Positions 1 to 10,783 of a DNA stretch of 64,000 nt are shown here, piece by piece. Position 1 is the first letter of the stretch. The number at the start of each line of letters is the position of its first letter. This DNA is from an uncultured bacterium. GTDB lineage: Bacteria > Oederibacteriota > PGYV01 > CAWJRG01. Position numbers and translations under genes: made by a program. The stretch covers positions 160,001 through 224,000 of the forward strand of contig CAWJRG010000009.1 in NCBI GenBank assembly GCA_963845185.1. The letters run 5' to 3'. The notes under the pieces were generated by a model. The model worked only from the letters and a program-made list of their open reading frames with translations. It was not told the DNA's origin and made no database searches.

Positions 1-1
1 A

Positions 2-3000
2 ACAAAAATATTGGATTATGACGTAACTTCAAACGATTATTTGAACTCCGGCGATGGTTGGGGCACAAACACGGATGAGTATCCATCATATTATATGCCG
101 TCGTGGTATACAGAATTTGGAATTATAAATTCAAGCGAGGCGTCTGCTTGGTCTACTGTTGAATCCAATTGTAATGCGCTTCTTGCAACGGCCCGCAATT
201 CAAGCAATGGCCTTGTGGTAGACGAAATAACCCAAGCCGGGGCGAATGTGTCATCTACGTATAGTTATAATTCCTGCAGGGTGCCGTTCTATTACGGTTT
301 AGATTATGTCTGGAATGGTGATTCAGCAGCGCAGACCGAATCAAGCGACCTTGCGTCATTTTTTAACACAATTGCGCCGGCAAGCGTAGACGATGGTTAC
401 AACACTAATGGTACTAGTTCAAGCGGCAACCATAACGCCGCATTTACAGGTCCGGCAGCCTGCTCATTTATGGTTTCATCCACATACCAGACAACAATTA
501 ACAATTATTATACTTGGCTTGTTGGCGATACGGCAGACGAGACAAATTACTACAATGGCGCCTTGCAAATACTTTCACTGCTTTTAATATCCGGCAACAT
601 GCCGAAAAATTTCGGTCCGGTATTCACGCCTACAATTTCACCGGTGGTGTCGCCCACAAAGTCTTTTACTGTGACGCCTACATTGACGCTCACGCCAGGG
701 CCAACATTTACACTTATGAAATCAGCCAATCAAACGACAAATATAACATCGGCTACACTGCTTACATTTACTTTGCAAGTCTGCAATAACGGCAGCGCAG
801 TGACACAAAATTTCACAGTCATTGACGACTGGTCGTCGTCGGCGGCAGACGGCTGGTCATATGACGGCCCATATAGCTGGACGCCTCCATCCGGGATTCA
901 ACAGATAAGCGATACCACAGGAACAAACAACGTAACATTTATAATTCAGCCTACTTCTTCGGGGTTTACCGGATGCTATTCTTTGCCTGTGTATCTAATT
1001 ATGTATTCCGGCACCGCGAACACTTGTTCCTGGCATAACAACGCGTCGCTCGGTTTCAACGGAGTACCATCGGTTGTATCTACGGTAAATATGTCGGACC
1101 AGTGTTCGTCACCAACTTTTACAATTACCCCTACACTTACGTCCACGAAAACACCGACATATACGTTGACGCAGACATATACAAGTACAAGGACGCAGAC
1201 GCCTACATATACAATTACTTTGACATGGACAAGTACACTGCAAAACACGGCAACTTTAACGGCAACAAGGACAAACACAGCAACGTCAACTTTTACTGCA
1301 ACGACTACACCAACCTATACAGTTACTCTAACATGGACAAACACGCTTCAAAACACAGCAACTTTAACGGCGACAAGGACAAACACAGAAACATCGACTT
1401 TAACTGCAACACCTACGCCTACCTACACAGTTACTATGACCTGGACAAGTACAGCGCAAAACACAGCAACTTTAACGGCGACAAGGACAAACACAGAAAC
1501 ATCGACCTTAACTGCAACGCCTACGCCTACCTATACAGTTACTCTAACCTGGACAAACACGCTTCAAAACACAGCAACTTTAACGGCGACAAGGACAAAC
1601 ACAGAAACATCGACTTTAACTGCAACACCTACGCCTACCTATACAGTTACTATGACCTGGACAAGTACAGCGCAAAACACAGCAACTTTAACGGCGACAA
1701 GGACAAACACAGAAACATCGACCTTAACTACAACGCCTACGCCTACCTATACAGTTACTCTAACCTGGACAAACACGCCACAAAATACTGCAACTTTAAC
1801 AGCGACAGGGACAAACACACCAATACCTACAGGAACAAACACAGCAACTCCTTCCTTAACAGGAACACGGACAAACACGTCAACGTCGACTTTCACTGTG
1901 ACATTTACGCCCACATATACAGCTACTCTAACTTGGACAAGTACGCCTCAGAATACTGCAACTTTAACGGCAACACGCACAAATACCTCGACGTTGTCCT
2001 TTACTGCGACGCCTACGCTGACATATACAGTTACATTGACTTGGACAAATACACTACAGAATACTGTAACATTAACCACTACAGGAACAAATACAGCAAC
2101 TCCTTCCTTAACAGAATCACGGACAAACACAGCGACGTCGACCTTTACTGCGACACCCACACCTACCTATACAGTTACTCTGACATGGACAAGTACTTTG
2201 CAGAATACAGCAACTTTAACTGCGACACGGACAAATACTGCAACATCGACTTTCACTGTTACATTTACGCTTACATATACAGTTACTCTAACTTGGACAA
2301 ATACGCCTCAGAATACTGCAACTTTAACTGCAACAGGGACAAATACCCCGGTACCAACAGGAACAAATACGGCAATGCCTACCTTAACGGCAACACGTAC
2401 AAATACAACAACGTCGACTTTCACTGTTACGCCCACGCCGACATATACAGTTACGTTGACTTGGACAAACACATCGACGCCTACGTTTACAGCGACTGGA
2501 ACATTTACGGTGACATTGACTTTTACAAGGACAGTTACACCAACATTTACCAATTCACCGGTGGTATCACCAACACCTACATTTACTAATATAGTATTCA
2601 CGTGGACTATTACGCAAACATTTACCATATCACCGACAATTACATTAACAAATACACCATTGCCTACAGGTACGAGCACGGCGACGCCTTCCTTAACAGC
2701 GACACGGACAGATACACCTACATCGACTTTTACTGCGACACCTACAACAACGTATACAGTAACCTTGACCTGGACAAACACACCACAGAATACAGCAACT
2801 TTAACTGCGACAGGTACAAATACATTAACGCTTTCCTCAACAGCGACGCGAACAAGCACAGCAACATCGACTTTTACTGCAACGCCTACACTGACATATA
2901 CTGTAACTCTGACATGGACGAATTCGCCACAGAATACGGTTACTTTAACAGCGACAGGTACAAATACAGCTACGCCTTCCTTAACAACAACACGGACAAA

Positions 3001-5104
3001 CACTTTAACTTTAACCTTTACTGTGACGCCTACGCCGACATATACAGTTACTCTGACTTGGACAAACACGCCACAAAACACGGCAACTTTAACAGCTACA
3101 GGAACAAACACACTTAATCCAACAGGTACAAGTACAGCAACGCCTACGTGTACGGCGACAAGGACAAATACTCCGACAAATACTCAGACAAACACTGCGA
3201 CATTTACAGTAACATTGACTTATACATTGACAGTGACATCAACATTTACCAATTCACCCGTAGTATCACCTACGCCTACTTATACAGCGACTATATATTC
3301 GCCGACCATTTCGCCGACGTCTACCATATCTCCGACAATTACGTTGACAAATACGCCGTTGCCAACAGGAACAAATACGGGAACGCCTACTTTTACGGCT
3401 ACAAGGACAAACACGGTAACATCGACTTTTACTGCGACACCTACACTGACATATACTGTAACTCTGACATGGACGAATTCGCCACAGAATACGGTTACTT
3501 TAACAGCGACAGGTACAAATACAGCTACGCCTTCCTCAACAACAACACGGACAAACACTTTAACTTTAACCTTTACTGTGACGCCTACGCCGACATATAC
3601 AGTTACTCTGACTTGGACAAACACGCCACAAAACACGGCAACTTTAACAGCTACAGGAACAAATACACTAAATCCAACAGGTACAAGCACAGCAACGCCT
3701 ACGTGTACAGCGACAGGGACCTTCACAGTAGCAAACACGCCGACATATACAGTTACGCTAACGTGGACAAACACGCCACAGAACACAATAACTTTAACAG
3801 CTACAAATAGTTGTGCTTGTACAGGTACACCTACTTATACAGCTACAATTTTTACGGCTACAACGACACCGACATATACAGTGTCGCCGACAATTACATT
3901 GACAAATACGCCGTCGCCTACAACAACAAATACATTGACATCTACAGGAGCAAGGACAGATACACCGACATGGAGTTCCACAGATACACCCACACTGACA
4001 AATACAGCGACATTCACAAAGACAACGACAGGGACAAATACACCTTCGTTTACAGAAACATTGACATTCACAACAACAATTACATTAACATTAACTAATA
4101 CTGAGGTTGTGTCAGAAACACCGACTTATACAGCAACGATTTATACGCCGACAATTTCACCGACGTCTACCATAACACCAACAGTAACATTGACAGATAC
4201 GCCTTCATTAACAGACACGGCAACGTCGACTGCAACAGAAACAGAGACAAGGACAAATACATTATTACCTACACTTACAAATACGCCACAGAATACCGCA
4301 ACAAGCACAGTGACGCCTACTGTGGGAGCAAATCTTGTGGCGGCTATTACTATTTCACCGGGGAATGCAATGATAGGGCAGGATATAACCGTAATAATGC
4401 AGGTAGTAAATACAGGGACAAATGGTGTGAATAATTTACAGCCTTCAGCGCTGGCTCAAACAGGCGGTGGAACAGCTATCCTTGTAAGCGGGCCCATGCC
4501 TGCAAGCACTGCAATAGTCTCAGATTCAGCAGGATCATTTACGTGGGTATATACAGTGACTTCCGTGGCAGGAAATATAGCATTCAGCGGGTCGGCAAGC
4601 GGCACAGACGCGATAAACGGCACAATAGTATCAACTGCGATAGTGACCAGCAATCCATTAATATGCGTTACAGCCACAGCAACAATAGCAAATTCAATTA
4701 CAATTACCGTAACGCCGACATATACAATAACGCCGAGTATTACGGCGACAAATCCAATTGCGACAGCCAGCTTTACCCCGACAAACCAGGTTCCTGTTTT
4801 CACGGCTACTGCAACATATGTTATTAATACACAGCCGCCAGGGCCGCCAAGGATATATCCAAACCCGGTAAAAGACAGGTTTAGATATGTATTTACCCTG
4901 ACGGAAGATGCAGATATAGAAATAACCATATATACAGCGTCATACAGGTTGATAGCAAGATTTGACCAGAGACAGAGCGCAGGGTTAAACACTATTGTAA
5001 TTGACACACAAGGCCTTGCAAACGGAACATATTTTATAGTATATAAACAAAAAGGGCAGACAACAAATACAAAGAGAATTGATAAATTTATTGTATTAAA
5101 ATAA
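2..5104 (+). CDS. Secreted GH8 glycoside hydrolase (5'-truncated by the window edge) with DUF11-like domain, long Thr-rich stalk, Ig-like module and T9SS-type C-terminal sorting domain
   Basis: Frame open from base 2. GH8 C-terminal motifs [47 protein letters not shown]. Ends IYPNPV...LANGTYF...KFIVLK. Confidence 0.85.
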   Translation, partial: TKILDYDVTSNDYLNSGDGWGTNTDEYPSYYMPSWYTEFGIINSSEASAWSTVESNCNALLATARNSSNGLVVDEITQAGANVSSTYSYNSCRVPFYYGLDYVWNGDSAAQTESSDLASFFNTIAPASVDDGYNTNGTSSSGNHNAAFTGPAACSFMVSSTYQTTINNYYTWLVGDTADETNYYNGALQILSLLLISGNMPKNFGPVFTPTISPVVSPTKSFTVTPTLTLTPGPTFTLMKSANQTTNITSATLLTFTLQVCNNGSAVTQNFTVIDDWSSSAADGWSYDGPYSWTPPSGIQQISDTTGTNNVTFIIQPTSSGFTGCYSLPVYLIMYSGTANTCSWHNNASLGFNGVPSVVSTVNMSDQCSSPTFTITPTLTSTKTPTYTLTQTYTSTRTQTPTYTITLTWTSTLQNTATLTATRTNTATSTFTATTTPTYTVTLTWTNTLQNTATLTATRTNTETSTLTATPTPTYTVTMTWTSTAQNTATLTATRTNTETSTLTATPTPTYTVTLTWTNTLQNTATLTATRTNTETSTLTATPTPTYTVTMTWTSTAQNTATLTATRTNTETSTLTTTPTPTYTVTLTWTNTPQNTATLTATGTNTPIPTGTNTATPSLTGTRTNTSTSTFTVTFTPTYTATLTWTSTPQNTATLTATRTNTSTLSFTATPTLTYTVTLTWTNTLQNTVTLTTTGTNTATPSLTESRTNTATSTFTATPTPTYTVTLTWTSTLQNTATLTATRTNTATSTFTVTFTLTYTVTLTWTNTPQNTATLTATGTNTPVPTGTNTAMPTLTATRTNTTTSTFTVTPTPTYTVTLTWTNTSTPTFTATGTFTVTLTFTRTVTPTFTNSPVVSPTPTFTNIVFTWTITQTFTISPTITLTNTPLPTGTSTATPSLTATRTDTPTSTFTATPTTTYTVTLTWTNTPQNTATLTATGTNTLTLSSTATRTSTATSTFTATPTLTYTVTLTWTNSPQNTVTLTATGTNTATPSLTTTRTNTLTLTFTVTPTPTYTVTLTWTNTPQNTATLTATGTNTLNPTGTSTATPTCTATRTNTPTNTQTNTATFTVTLTYTLTVTSTFTNSPVVSPTPTYTATIYSPTISPTSTISPTITLTNTPLPTGTNTGTPTFTATRTNTVTSTFTATPTLTYTVTLTWTNSPQNTVTLTATGTNTATPSSTTTRTNTLTLTFTVTPTPTYTVTLTWTNTPQNTATLTATGTNTLNPTGTSTATPTCTATGTFTVANTPTYTVTLTWTNTPQNTITLTATNSCACTGTPTYTATIFTATTTPTYTVSPTITLTNTPSPTTTNTLTSTGARTDTPTWSSTDTPTLTNTATFTKTTTGTNTPSFTETLTFTTTITLTLTNTEVVSETPTYTATIYTPTISPTSTITPTVTLTDTPSLTDTATSTATETETRTNTLLPTLTNTPQNTATSTVTPTVGANLVAAITISPGNAMIGQDITVIMQVVNTGTNGVNNLQPSALAQTGGGTAILVSGPMPASTAIVSDSAGSFTWVYTVTSVAGNIAFSGSASGTDAINGTIVSTAIVTSNPLICVTATATIANSITITVTPTYTITPSITATNPIATASFTPTNQVPVFTATATYVINTQPPGPPRIYPNPVKDRFRYVFTLTEDADIEITIYTASYRLIARFDQRQSAGLNTIVIDTQGLANGTYFIVYKQKGQTTNTKRIDKFIVLK
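1110..4330 (+). repeat. Intragenic tandem repeats encoding a (Thr-X)n stalk; ~108 bp (36 aa) unit
   Basis: Unit [36 protein letters not shown]; near-identical DNA copies offset by 216 bp (1337 vs 1553) and 555 bp (2911 vs 3466). Confidence 0.95.
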
Positions 5105-5129
5105 AGGCGAAAAATTATATATAATTCCA

Positions 5130-5158
5130 TTTACAAACACTGTTTTTTATTGTAAAAT
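5130..5158 (+). promoter_or_regulatory. Putative sigma70 promoter
   Basis: TTTACA-17 bp-TAAAAT upstream of the 5291 gene. Confidence 0.45.
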
Positions 5159-5172
5159 TCCATAAATTTAAC

Positions 5173-5200
5173 GAAACTTTTTCGCAAATAAGTTGTCTAA
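5173..5200 (+). promoter_or_regulatory. Putative ECF-sigma promoter GAAAC-N17-GTCTAA
   Basis: Same motif and spacing recur at 53623-53650 upstream of another secreted-cargo unit. Confidence 0.55.
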
Positions 5201-5290
5201 AATAAGTGTAAAGAAAAAAAATCTTAAAAAATAATAGGTTATTGGGATTTAATTTAAGGATTTTAAACGGAGTGAAGGAGGAAAGGCGTT

Positions 5291-8200
5291 GTGAATAGAA
5301 AAATATACCTCACAATAATTTTTATCTTATTTTTTGCATACAGCATTTTCCCTTATGGAGGCAGTATTCCAGCCGGATTGCCAACAAATTTTGGCTTTGG
5401 TGCAATTGATAAATGGGACAATCAGGGTGGAGATACGCCTACACGATGGAAAGATGGTCAGAATTCGGGTTGTAATGTTTGGGATTACAATTATCAGTAC
5501 CTGACATCAGGATGGGAGACATGGCAGTCTCCGACCGGACAATGGGCGACAAGTGAGTTGACTGCCTGGCAAACTGAGGGACAGGAAACTTTATTTACAT
5601 ATTACTATAACAACGGCTCGACAAGTATGCTTACCAACACCAGCACCATGACTACATGGTTTAACAACCTAATAACACTGTTCAAACTCATCAACACCAA
5701 TACATCTTCGGGCAAGGTTACAATAGTGCATATAGAACCGGATTTATTGGGGTTCTGCGAAACCGGCGGCATGACATCTTCCAGTACCGTAGAAGTAGCA
5801 GCCACTGGAATTTCAGACCTTTCGGGCATTCCAAATACATTGGCAGGCTGGTGGCAGGCTATAATAACACTCCGCAATAAATATGCTTCAGGCAAAGCAC
5901 TTGTTGCCATACATTACAGCCACTGGGCAGATGATGATGTGTTCAATTCCACATCTATTTCCTCAGTAAGCCAGTTAAATACGGACGTTGATGCCGTATC
6001 CACTTTTCTTAAAAATGTAATGGGCTCATATCCTGCAGACCTAATAGCAGCGGAATCGTCTGACAGGGATGCAGATTGGTATGCTTATGCAAGCAATGAT
6101 ACCACAAGATGGGCGAACATGGACTTCACGGATCCACCGACTTTACCAGGCCAAAAGACATGGGGGAGAATAGCATATATAGTTGACAGGGTCTCCTATA
6201 ATCTAGGCCTGCGCGTTATTATGTGGCAGATACCGGTTGGCAACACATATTTCAAGACATGCGATAACGATGAAACCAGCTTCAGCTGTTCAGCAGGCAC
6301 TGGCTATGGTGGGCATTTCAGGGATAATGCAGCACAGGCGTTTATACCATCCACTTCAAATAACGGCTCATCAGGCAGTCCGGGCGATGCGTATTCAGCT
6401 TCGAGTACAACCACTGGTCCAGGCTACTGGGCCGCGCATGGAGTTATCGCAGTATTCTTCGGTGAGGGTTCATATAATTGGCTTCCTGGCGGTAGTGCTC
6501 ACAGTAACGTCAGCCCGACACATTTAAGAGATTGGGGGCCGACAGACAATACCACAAATCCAACCAGCAGCACTTTTAACACAACAGGCAATGTTACGGC
6601 AGATGTTTGGGGGCAAGCAACGTCCAGTTATGCCGACAATGATGGTGGATATATAAGGCTTGCAGTTACAAAATACTGCTCGACCGGCAAATACTCGCTG
6701 ACCGGCTCACAGAGCACGCCTACCTACACACCGACGAGCGGGCCCTCGCCGACCAGAACGCCTACTTTTACGATAACGCCAACAGCTACGAATACGCCTT
6801 TTATCTGCTCGAAAATGATTTATACAGGCGACGCGGCAGGCCTGAACCTTGCAGCCGGGACAGTTACGAATAACTCACCTGCCACAATGACCGAGGCCAC
6901 AGGCGGAAACCCGGGGAATTGTATGAACTTAAATTACGTGCTTCCTGCAGCCACGCCGTACTGGCAGCCGTTATTGTGGACGCTCTCAACCCCTGTACCA
7001 ATATCGGACAACACAGATTTAAGGCTTGATGTAAAGACAACTTCCGGGACAGCGCCGAAATTCATCATAGTTATAGACTGGGGATCGACTGCATATCAAA
7101 TTGACGTGAATAGTTATATTTCCGGCGGAATAAACGGCACCTGGCAGACGGCTGATATACCGCTTTCTGTCCTGAAAGCATCAACCACGACATCCATAAC
7201 TTTTATAGACTTTATAGACGGAAACAACACTGCATACACAGTGCTTGTTGACAATATACGCCTGACAGGCGGCGCATGCCCTTCAGCCACGCCTACCATC
7301 ACAGATACTTTCACTATATCACCCACTGCGACTTACTCGATGACAACCAGGCCCTCGTCTACGTATACCTGGACGCCGACTTTTACGTTAACAAGTACGA
7401 GGACATCAACGAGCACCCAGATGCCATCGGCAACATCCAGTATGACTCCAACTGCAACTGCAACAATTACAGCTACAAGAACAAATACACCCACACTGAC
7501 AAGTACAGCGTCAAATACTTCTGTTAATACAGCAACAGTAACGCCTACAGATACAAGTACGGAGACAAAGACAAATACACAGACAGACACAATTACTCTG
7601 ACATTGACTAACACGCCGGTAAACACAGCAACTTTAACAGCGACAGGCACAAACACATTGACAAGAACAAATACAGTGACATATACAGTTACGCTGACGC
7701 CGACAAGCACACTGCAGAATACGGCAACTTTAACAGCAACAGAGACAAACACGCCGGCAAATACTGTTACTTTGACAGCAACAAGGACAAATACGGCGGT
7801 GAATACAGCAACTTTAACAGCGACGGGAACAAACACTCCTGTAAATACCGCAACTTTAACATCGACAAGAACAGATACATTGACATATACAGTTACAGTG
7901 ACTTTGACAAGCACACTACAGAATACAGCGACATTAACAGCAACGGGAACAAACACTCCTGTAAATACTACAACTTTGACATCGACAAGGACAAATACAT
8001 TGACATATACAGTTACAGTGACCTTGACAAATACATCAATTAATACAGCTACTTTAACAGCAACAGGGACAAATACGCCGGTAAATACAGATACAAGTAC
8101 TGCAACAAGGACAAATACGGCTACGAATACGCCAACGAACACGCAGACGGCGTCGTACACTATAACAATGACTTATACAACAATAATAGTATCAGCGACG

Positions 8201-10225
8201 ATTACGCCCACATACACAATTAGTCCTTCATTTACAATTACTAAGACAACAACGTCGACAGTCACACTAACAAATACGCCAACGCATACAGTTACTCTGA
8301 CTTTGACAAGCACGCAACAAAACACAGCAACTTTAACAGCGACAGAAACAAACACGGTAGCGCCTACATTTACAAACACAGGTACGCCTACGTTTACGGT
8401 TACAAGGACAAACACAGGCACAAATACAGCGACAAATACGCCGACAAACACACAGACGCCTACATACACAATAACAATGACTTTTACAACAATTATAGTA
8501 TCAGCGACGATTACGCCTACATATACTATCACGAAGACAATAACACCGACAGTCACACTGACAAATACGCCAACGCATACAGTTACTCTGACGTTGACAA
8601 GCACGCAACAAAACACAGCAACTTTAACAGCGACAGGAACAAACACGGTAGCGCCTACATTTACAAACACAGGTACGCCTACATTTACGGTTACAAGGAC
8701 AAACACAGGCACAAATACAGCGACAAACACACAGACGCCTACATACACAATAACAATGACTTTTACAACAATTATAGTATCAGCAACGATTACACCCACA
8801 TACACCATATCGAGAACATCAACGCTGACATTTACTGCAACATACACAGTAACGCCAACATATACAGTAACGATGACTATGACTTGTGCCTGCTTTACAG
8901 GTACATTTACGCCCACAAATACGGCAACAAGTACGTACACGTATACTGATACCTTTACAAAAACGCATACGCAAACAGCAACTCTGACAGCAACACCAAC
9001 GGCAACAAGTACATTTACGCTTACTGATACCTTCACGGACACGTATACGCCGACATTGGCAGACACACATACACCAACAAATACGGTTACTAACACATCA
9101 ACAGATACGCCGGTTGATACAACTACAGATACGCCTATTGTTTCAGAAACACCCACTTATACAGCGACAATTTATTCGCCTACAATTTCGCCAACATCTA
9201 CCGTATCGCCGACAATAACTTTAACAAATACACCGGTTAATACATTGACAGATACGCCGGTTAATACAGCAACGGACACACCGGTTAATACATTGACAGA
9301 TACGTCGGTTAATACATTGACAGGTACGCCAGTTCACACAATGACTAATACACCTGTTGATACAACGACAAACACGCCAACAGCAACGCCGACAATAGCT
9401 ATAAACCTTGTGGCAAATATAACAGTATCGCCGGCAAGTACTGGAACCGGGCAGTATATAACGGTAATTATGCTGGTAGTTAACACAGGCGCTAATATTG
9501 CGAATAACGTAGCACCGTCTGTTTTGGCGCAATCCGGTAGTGGATCTGCTACACTGGTAAGCGGGCCAAGCCCTGCAAACGTTCCAATAGGAGGAAGTTC
9601 GCAAGCATCATTTACTTGGGTATATATTACATCTTCTACAGGCAACATAATATTTGACGGGACTGCAAGCGGCACAGACGCGGTGGACGGAGTAAGCATG
9701 ACAAGTGTTTTAGTGTCGAGCAATCCATTTATATGCGCTACAGCGACAATGACAGCAACTGAAACAGTTACAGTAACGGTAACAGCAACATCGACACTGG
9801 CAATACCGTCAACGGCTACAGCGACAACCGGCTTTACCAGAACGACCACACAGGCACCTACGGCCACGGTGACGCAGACACCTGTGGCGACAGTGGAGCC
9901 AACAGGTGTTATTACAATAGGGCCGATAAAGCCTTATCCGAACCCGATTAATCCTGCAAAATGGCCTTTAAAAATTGAGGTTCAAATAACGCCAAATGAC
10001 ATAGAAAGCATAACGCTCAGGATATATACAACAGCGTACAGGCTTATAAAAGAACAGATATTTAATGGGACAGAAGTGGATAAAGTTAGTAATGGAATTA
10101 TTTTAACCTGTGACAGCAAGACCCTTAGTGACCTCAGCGATGGTGCATATTATTATGTGGTAATAGCGCAAAAAGGTGGGGTTAAGGTAAGGTCTAAGGT
10201 GGACAAAATTATTATATTAAAATAA
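5291..10225 (+). CDS. Secreted putative glycoside hydrolase (family unassigned) with CBM-like beta-sandwich, Thr-rich stalk, Ig-like module and T9SS-type C-terminal domain
   Basis: GTG start after AAGGAGG; signal peptide; Trp/Tyr-rich ~450 aa domain with VHIEPD; CBM11/CIA30-like WQTADIPLS...VDNIRL; ends PYPNPIN...GAYYYV...KIIILK. Confidence 0.75.
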   Translation: MNRKIYLTIIFILFFAYSIFPYGGSIPAGLPTNFGFGAIDKWDNQGGDTPTRWKDGQNSGCNVWDYNYQYLTSGWETWQSPTGQWATSELTAWQTEGQETLFTYYYNNGSTSMLTNTSTMTTWFNNLITLFKLINTNTSSGKVTIVHIEPDLLGFCETGGMTSSSTVEVAATGISDLSGIPNTLAGWWQAIITLRNKYASGKALVAIHYSHWADDDVFNSTSISSVSQLNTDVDAVSTFLKNVMGSYPADLIAAESSDRDADWYAYASNDTTRWANMDFTDPPTLPGQKTWGRIAYIVDRVSYNLGLRVIMWQIPVGNTYFKTCDNDETSFSCSAGTGYGGHFRDNAAQAFIPSTSNNGSSGSPGDAYSASSTTTGPGYWAAHGVIAVFFGEGSYNWLPGGSAHSNVSPTHLRDWGPTDNTTNPTSSTFNTTGNVTADVWGQATSSYADNDGGYIRLAVTKYCSTGKYSLTGSQSTPTYTPTSGPSPTRTPTFTITPTATNTPFICSKMIYTGDAAGLNLAAGTVTNNSPATMTEATGGNPGNCMNLNYVLPAATPYWQPLLWTLSTPVPISDNTDLRLDVKTTSGTAPKFIIVIDWGSTAYQIDVNSYISGGINGTWQTADIPLSVLKASTTTSITFIDFIDGNNTAYTVLVDNIRLTGGACPSATPTITDTFTISPTATYSMTTRPSSTYTWTPTFTLTSTRTSTSTQMPSATSSMTPTATATITATRTNTPTLTSTASNTSVNTATVTPTDTSTETKTNTQTDTITLTLTNTPVNTATLTATGTNTLTRTNTVTYTVTLTPTSTLQNTATLTATETNTPANTVTLTATRTNTAVNTATLTATGTNTPVNTATLTSTRTDTLTYTVTVTLTSTLQNTATLTATGTNTPVNTTTLTSTRTNTLTYTVTVTLTNTSINTATLTATGTNTPVNTDTSTATRTNTATNTPTNTQTASYTITMTYTTIIVSATITPTYTISPSFTITKTTTSTVTLTNTPTHTVTLTLTSTQQNTATLTATETNTVAPTFTNTGTPTFTVTRTNTGTNTATNTPTNTQTPTYTITMTFTTIIVSATITPTYTITKTITPTVTLTNTPTHTVTLTLTSTQQNTATLTATGTNTVAPTFTNTGTPTFTVTRTNTGTNTATNTQTPTYTITMTFTTIIVSATITPTYTISRTSTLTFTATYTVTPTYTVTMTMTCACFTGTFTPTNTATSTYTYTDTFTKTHTQTATLTATPTATSTFTLTDTFTDTYTPTLADTHTPTNTVTNTSTDTPVDTTTDTPIVSETPTYTATIYSPTISPTSTVSPTITLTNTPVNTLTDTPVNTATDTPVNTLTDTSVNTLTGTPVHTMTNTPVDTTTNTPTATPTIAINLVANITVSPASTGTGQYITVIMLVVNTGANIANNVAPSVLAQSGSGSATLVSGPSPANVPIGGSSQASFTWVYITSSTGNIIFDGTASGTDAVDGVSMTSVLVSSNPFICATATMTATETVTVTVTATSTLAIPSTATATTGFTRTTTQAPTATVTQTPVATVEPTGVITIGPIKPYPNPINPAKWPLKIEVQITPNDIESITLRIYTTAYRLIKEQIFNGTEVDKVSNGIILTCDSKTLSDLSDGAYYYVVIAQKGGVKVRSKVDKIIILK
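7280..9400 (+). repeat. Intragenic (Thr-X)n repeats
   Basis: Repeated [14 protein letters not shown] and TDTPVNT units; near-identical ~300 bp duplication (around 8260-8560 vs 8550-8810). Confidence 0.9.
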
Positions 10226-10295
10226 TATATAATTTTTATAAAAAATTTTTTTAATTTTATTAAAATGTATTATATAACTTAATCAATAACGAATA

Positions 10296-10472
10296 TTATT
10301 CTTTCCCGTAATTCTTTCCGCACCGCAAGCAAAAAAATTCACCTTTGCCATTTTTTAGTTTAATTTCAATTTTGCCGCCGCATGAGCAAACCAGCCTGCG
10401 GGGGCCCTTTCTGCGTTCAGGTTTTGCCTTTATTTCCTTTTTTCTCCGATCGCTTTTTCTATTTTCCAGCAT
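10296..10472 (-). CDS. Small basic protein (58 aa) with Arg-rich DRR/ERRxxxRR motif and CxC-CxxC zinc ribbon
   Basis: AGGAGGTG RBS (10478-10485, minus strand) 5 nt before the ATG at 10472; MLENRKSDRRKK...PERRKGPRRLVCSCGG...FCLRCGK. Confidence 0.75.
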   Translation of the reverse strand: MLENRKSDRRKKEIKAKPERRKGPRRLVCSCGGKIEIKLKNGKGEFFCLRCGKNYGKE

Positions 10473-10654
10473 TCCAGCACCTCCTATAGATATTTTATGC
10501 ATAATAATGAACTGTATTTGTTGGGGGCCATTAAAAATTTACCATAAAAGCTATAAAAAGTAAAACAAATTATTTAAAAAGAACTTATAAAATGTGCTTT
10601 TAAGCTAAAAAATGAAACAAAAACCTTTTCTGTAACGAAAATTACGAAAAATAC

Positions 10655-10683
10655 TTGACAGCTTTTTACGAAAGTGTTATAAT
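10655..10683 (+). promoter_or_regulatory. Consensus sigma70 promoter for the T9SS-like cluster
   Basis: TTGACA-17 bp-TATAAT with extended -10 TG. Confidence 0.85.
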
Positions 10684-10783
10684 TTTTAGTAGCGAAAGAC
10701 TGTTAAAGTTAATTTAAATACTAATGGCATGAAAAATTACTTTTTCGTGACCTTAGGGAATCCATTAAAAAAGTGGAGAAAAT

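Noticed and set aside
1110..4330. Tandem repeats as a CRISPR array or DGR template/variable repeat
   Set aside because: Repeats are in-frame coding units without unique spacers or adenine-specific mismatches; no cas or reverse transcriptase gene in the window.
5169..5187. LacI operator palindrome CGAAA-CTT-TTTCG
   Set aside because: Lacks the central CG and the even symmetry typical of LacI operators; better explained as the ECF-like -35, and kept only as one of the TWACGAAA boxes.
1110..9400. Ice-nucleation or antifreeze protein
   Set aside because: TxT motifs are present but not the InaZ AGYGST 16-mer; the context is a stalk on glycanases.
976..9867. Long alternative-frame and antisense ORFs (Val-rich or Tyr/Asn/Asp-rich) over the Thr stalks
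   Set aside because: Shadows of ACN-rich repeats that lack stops in other frames; no RBS or domain content.
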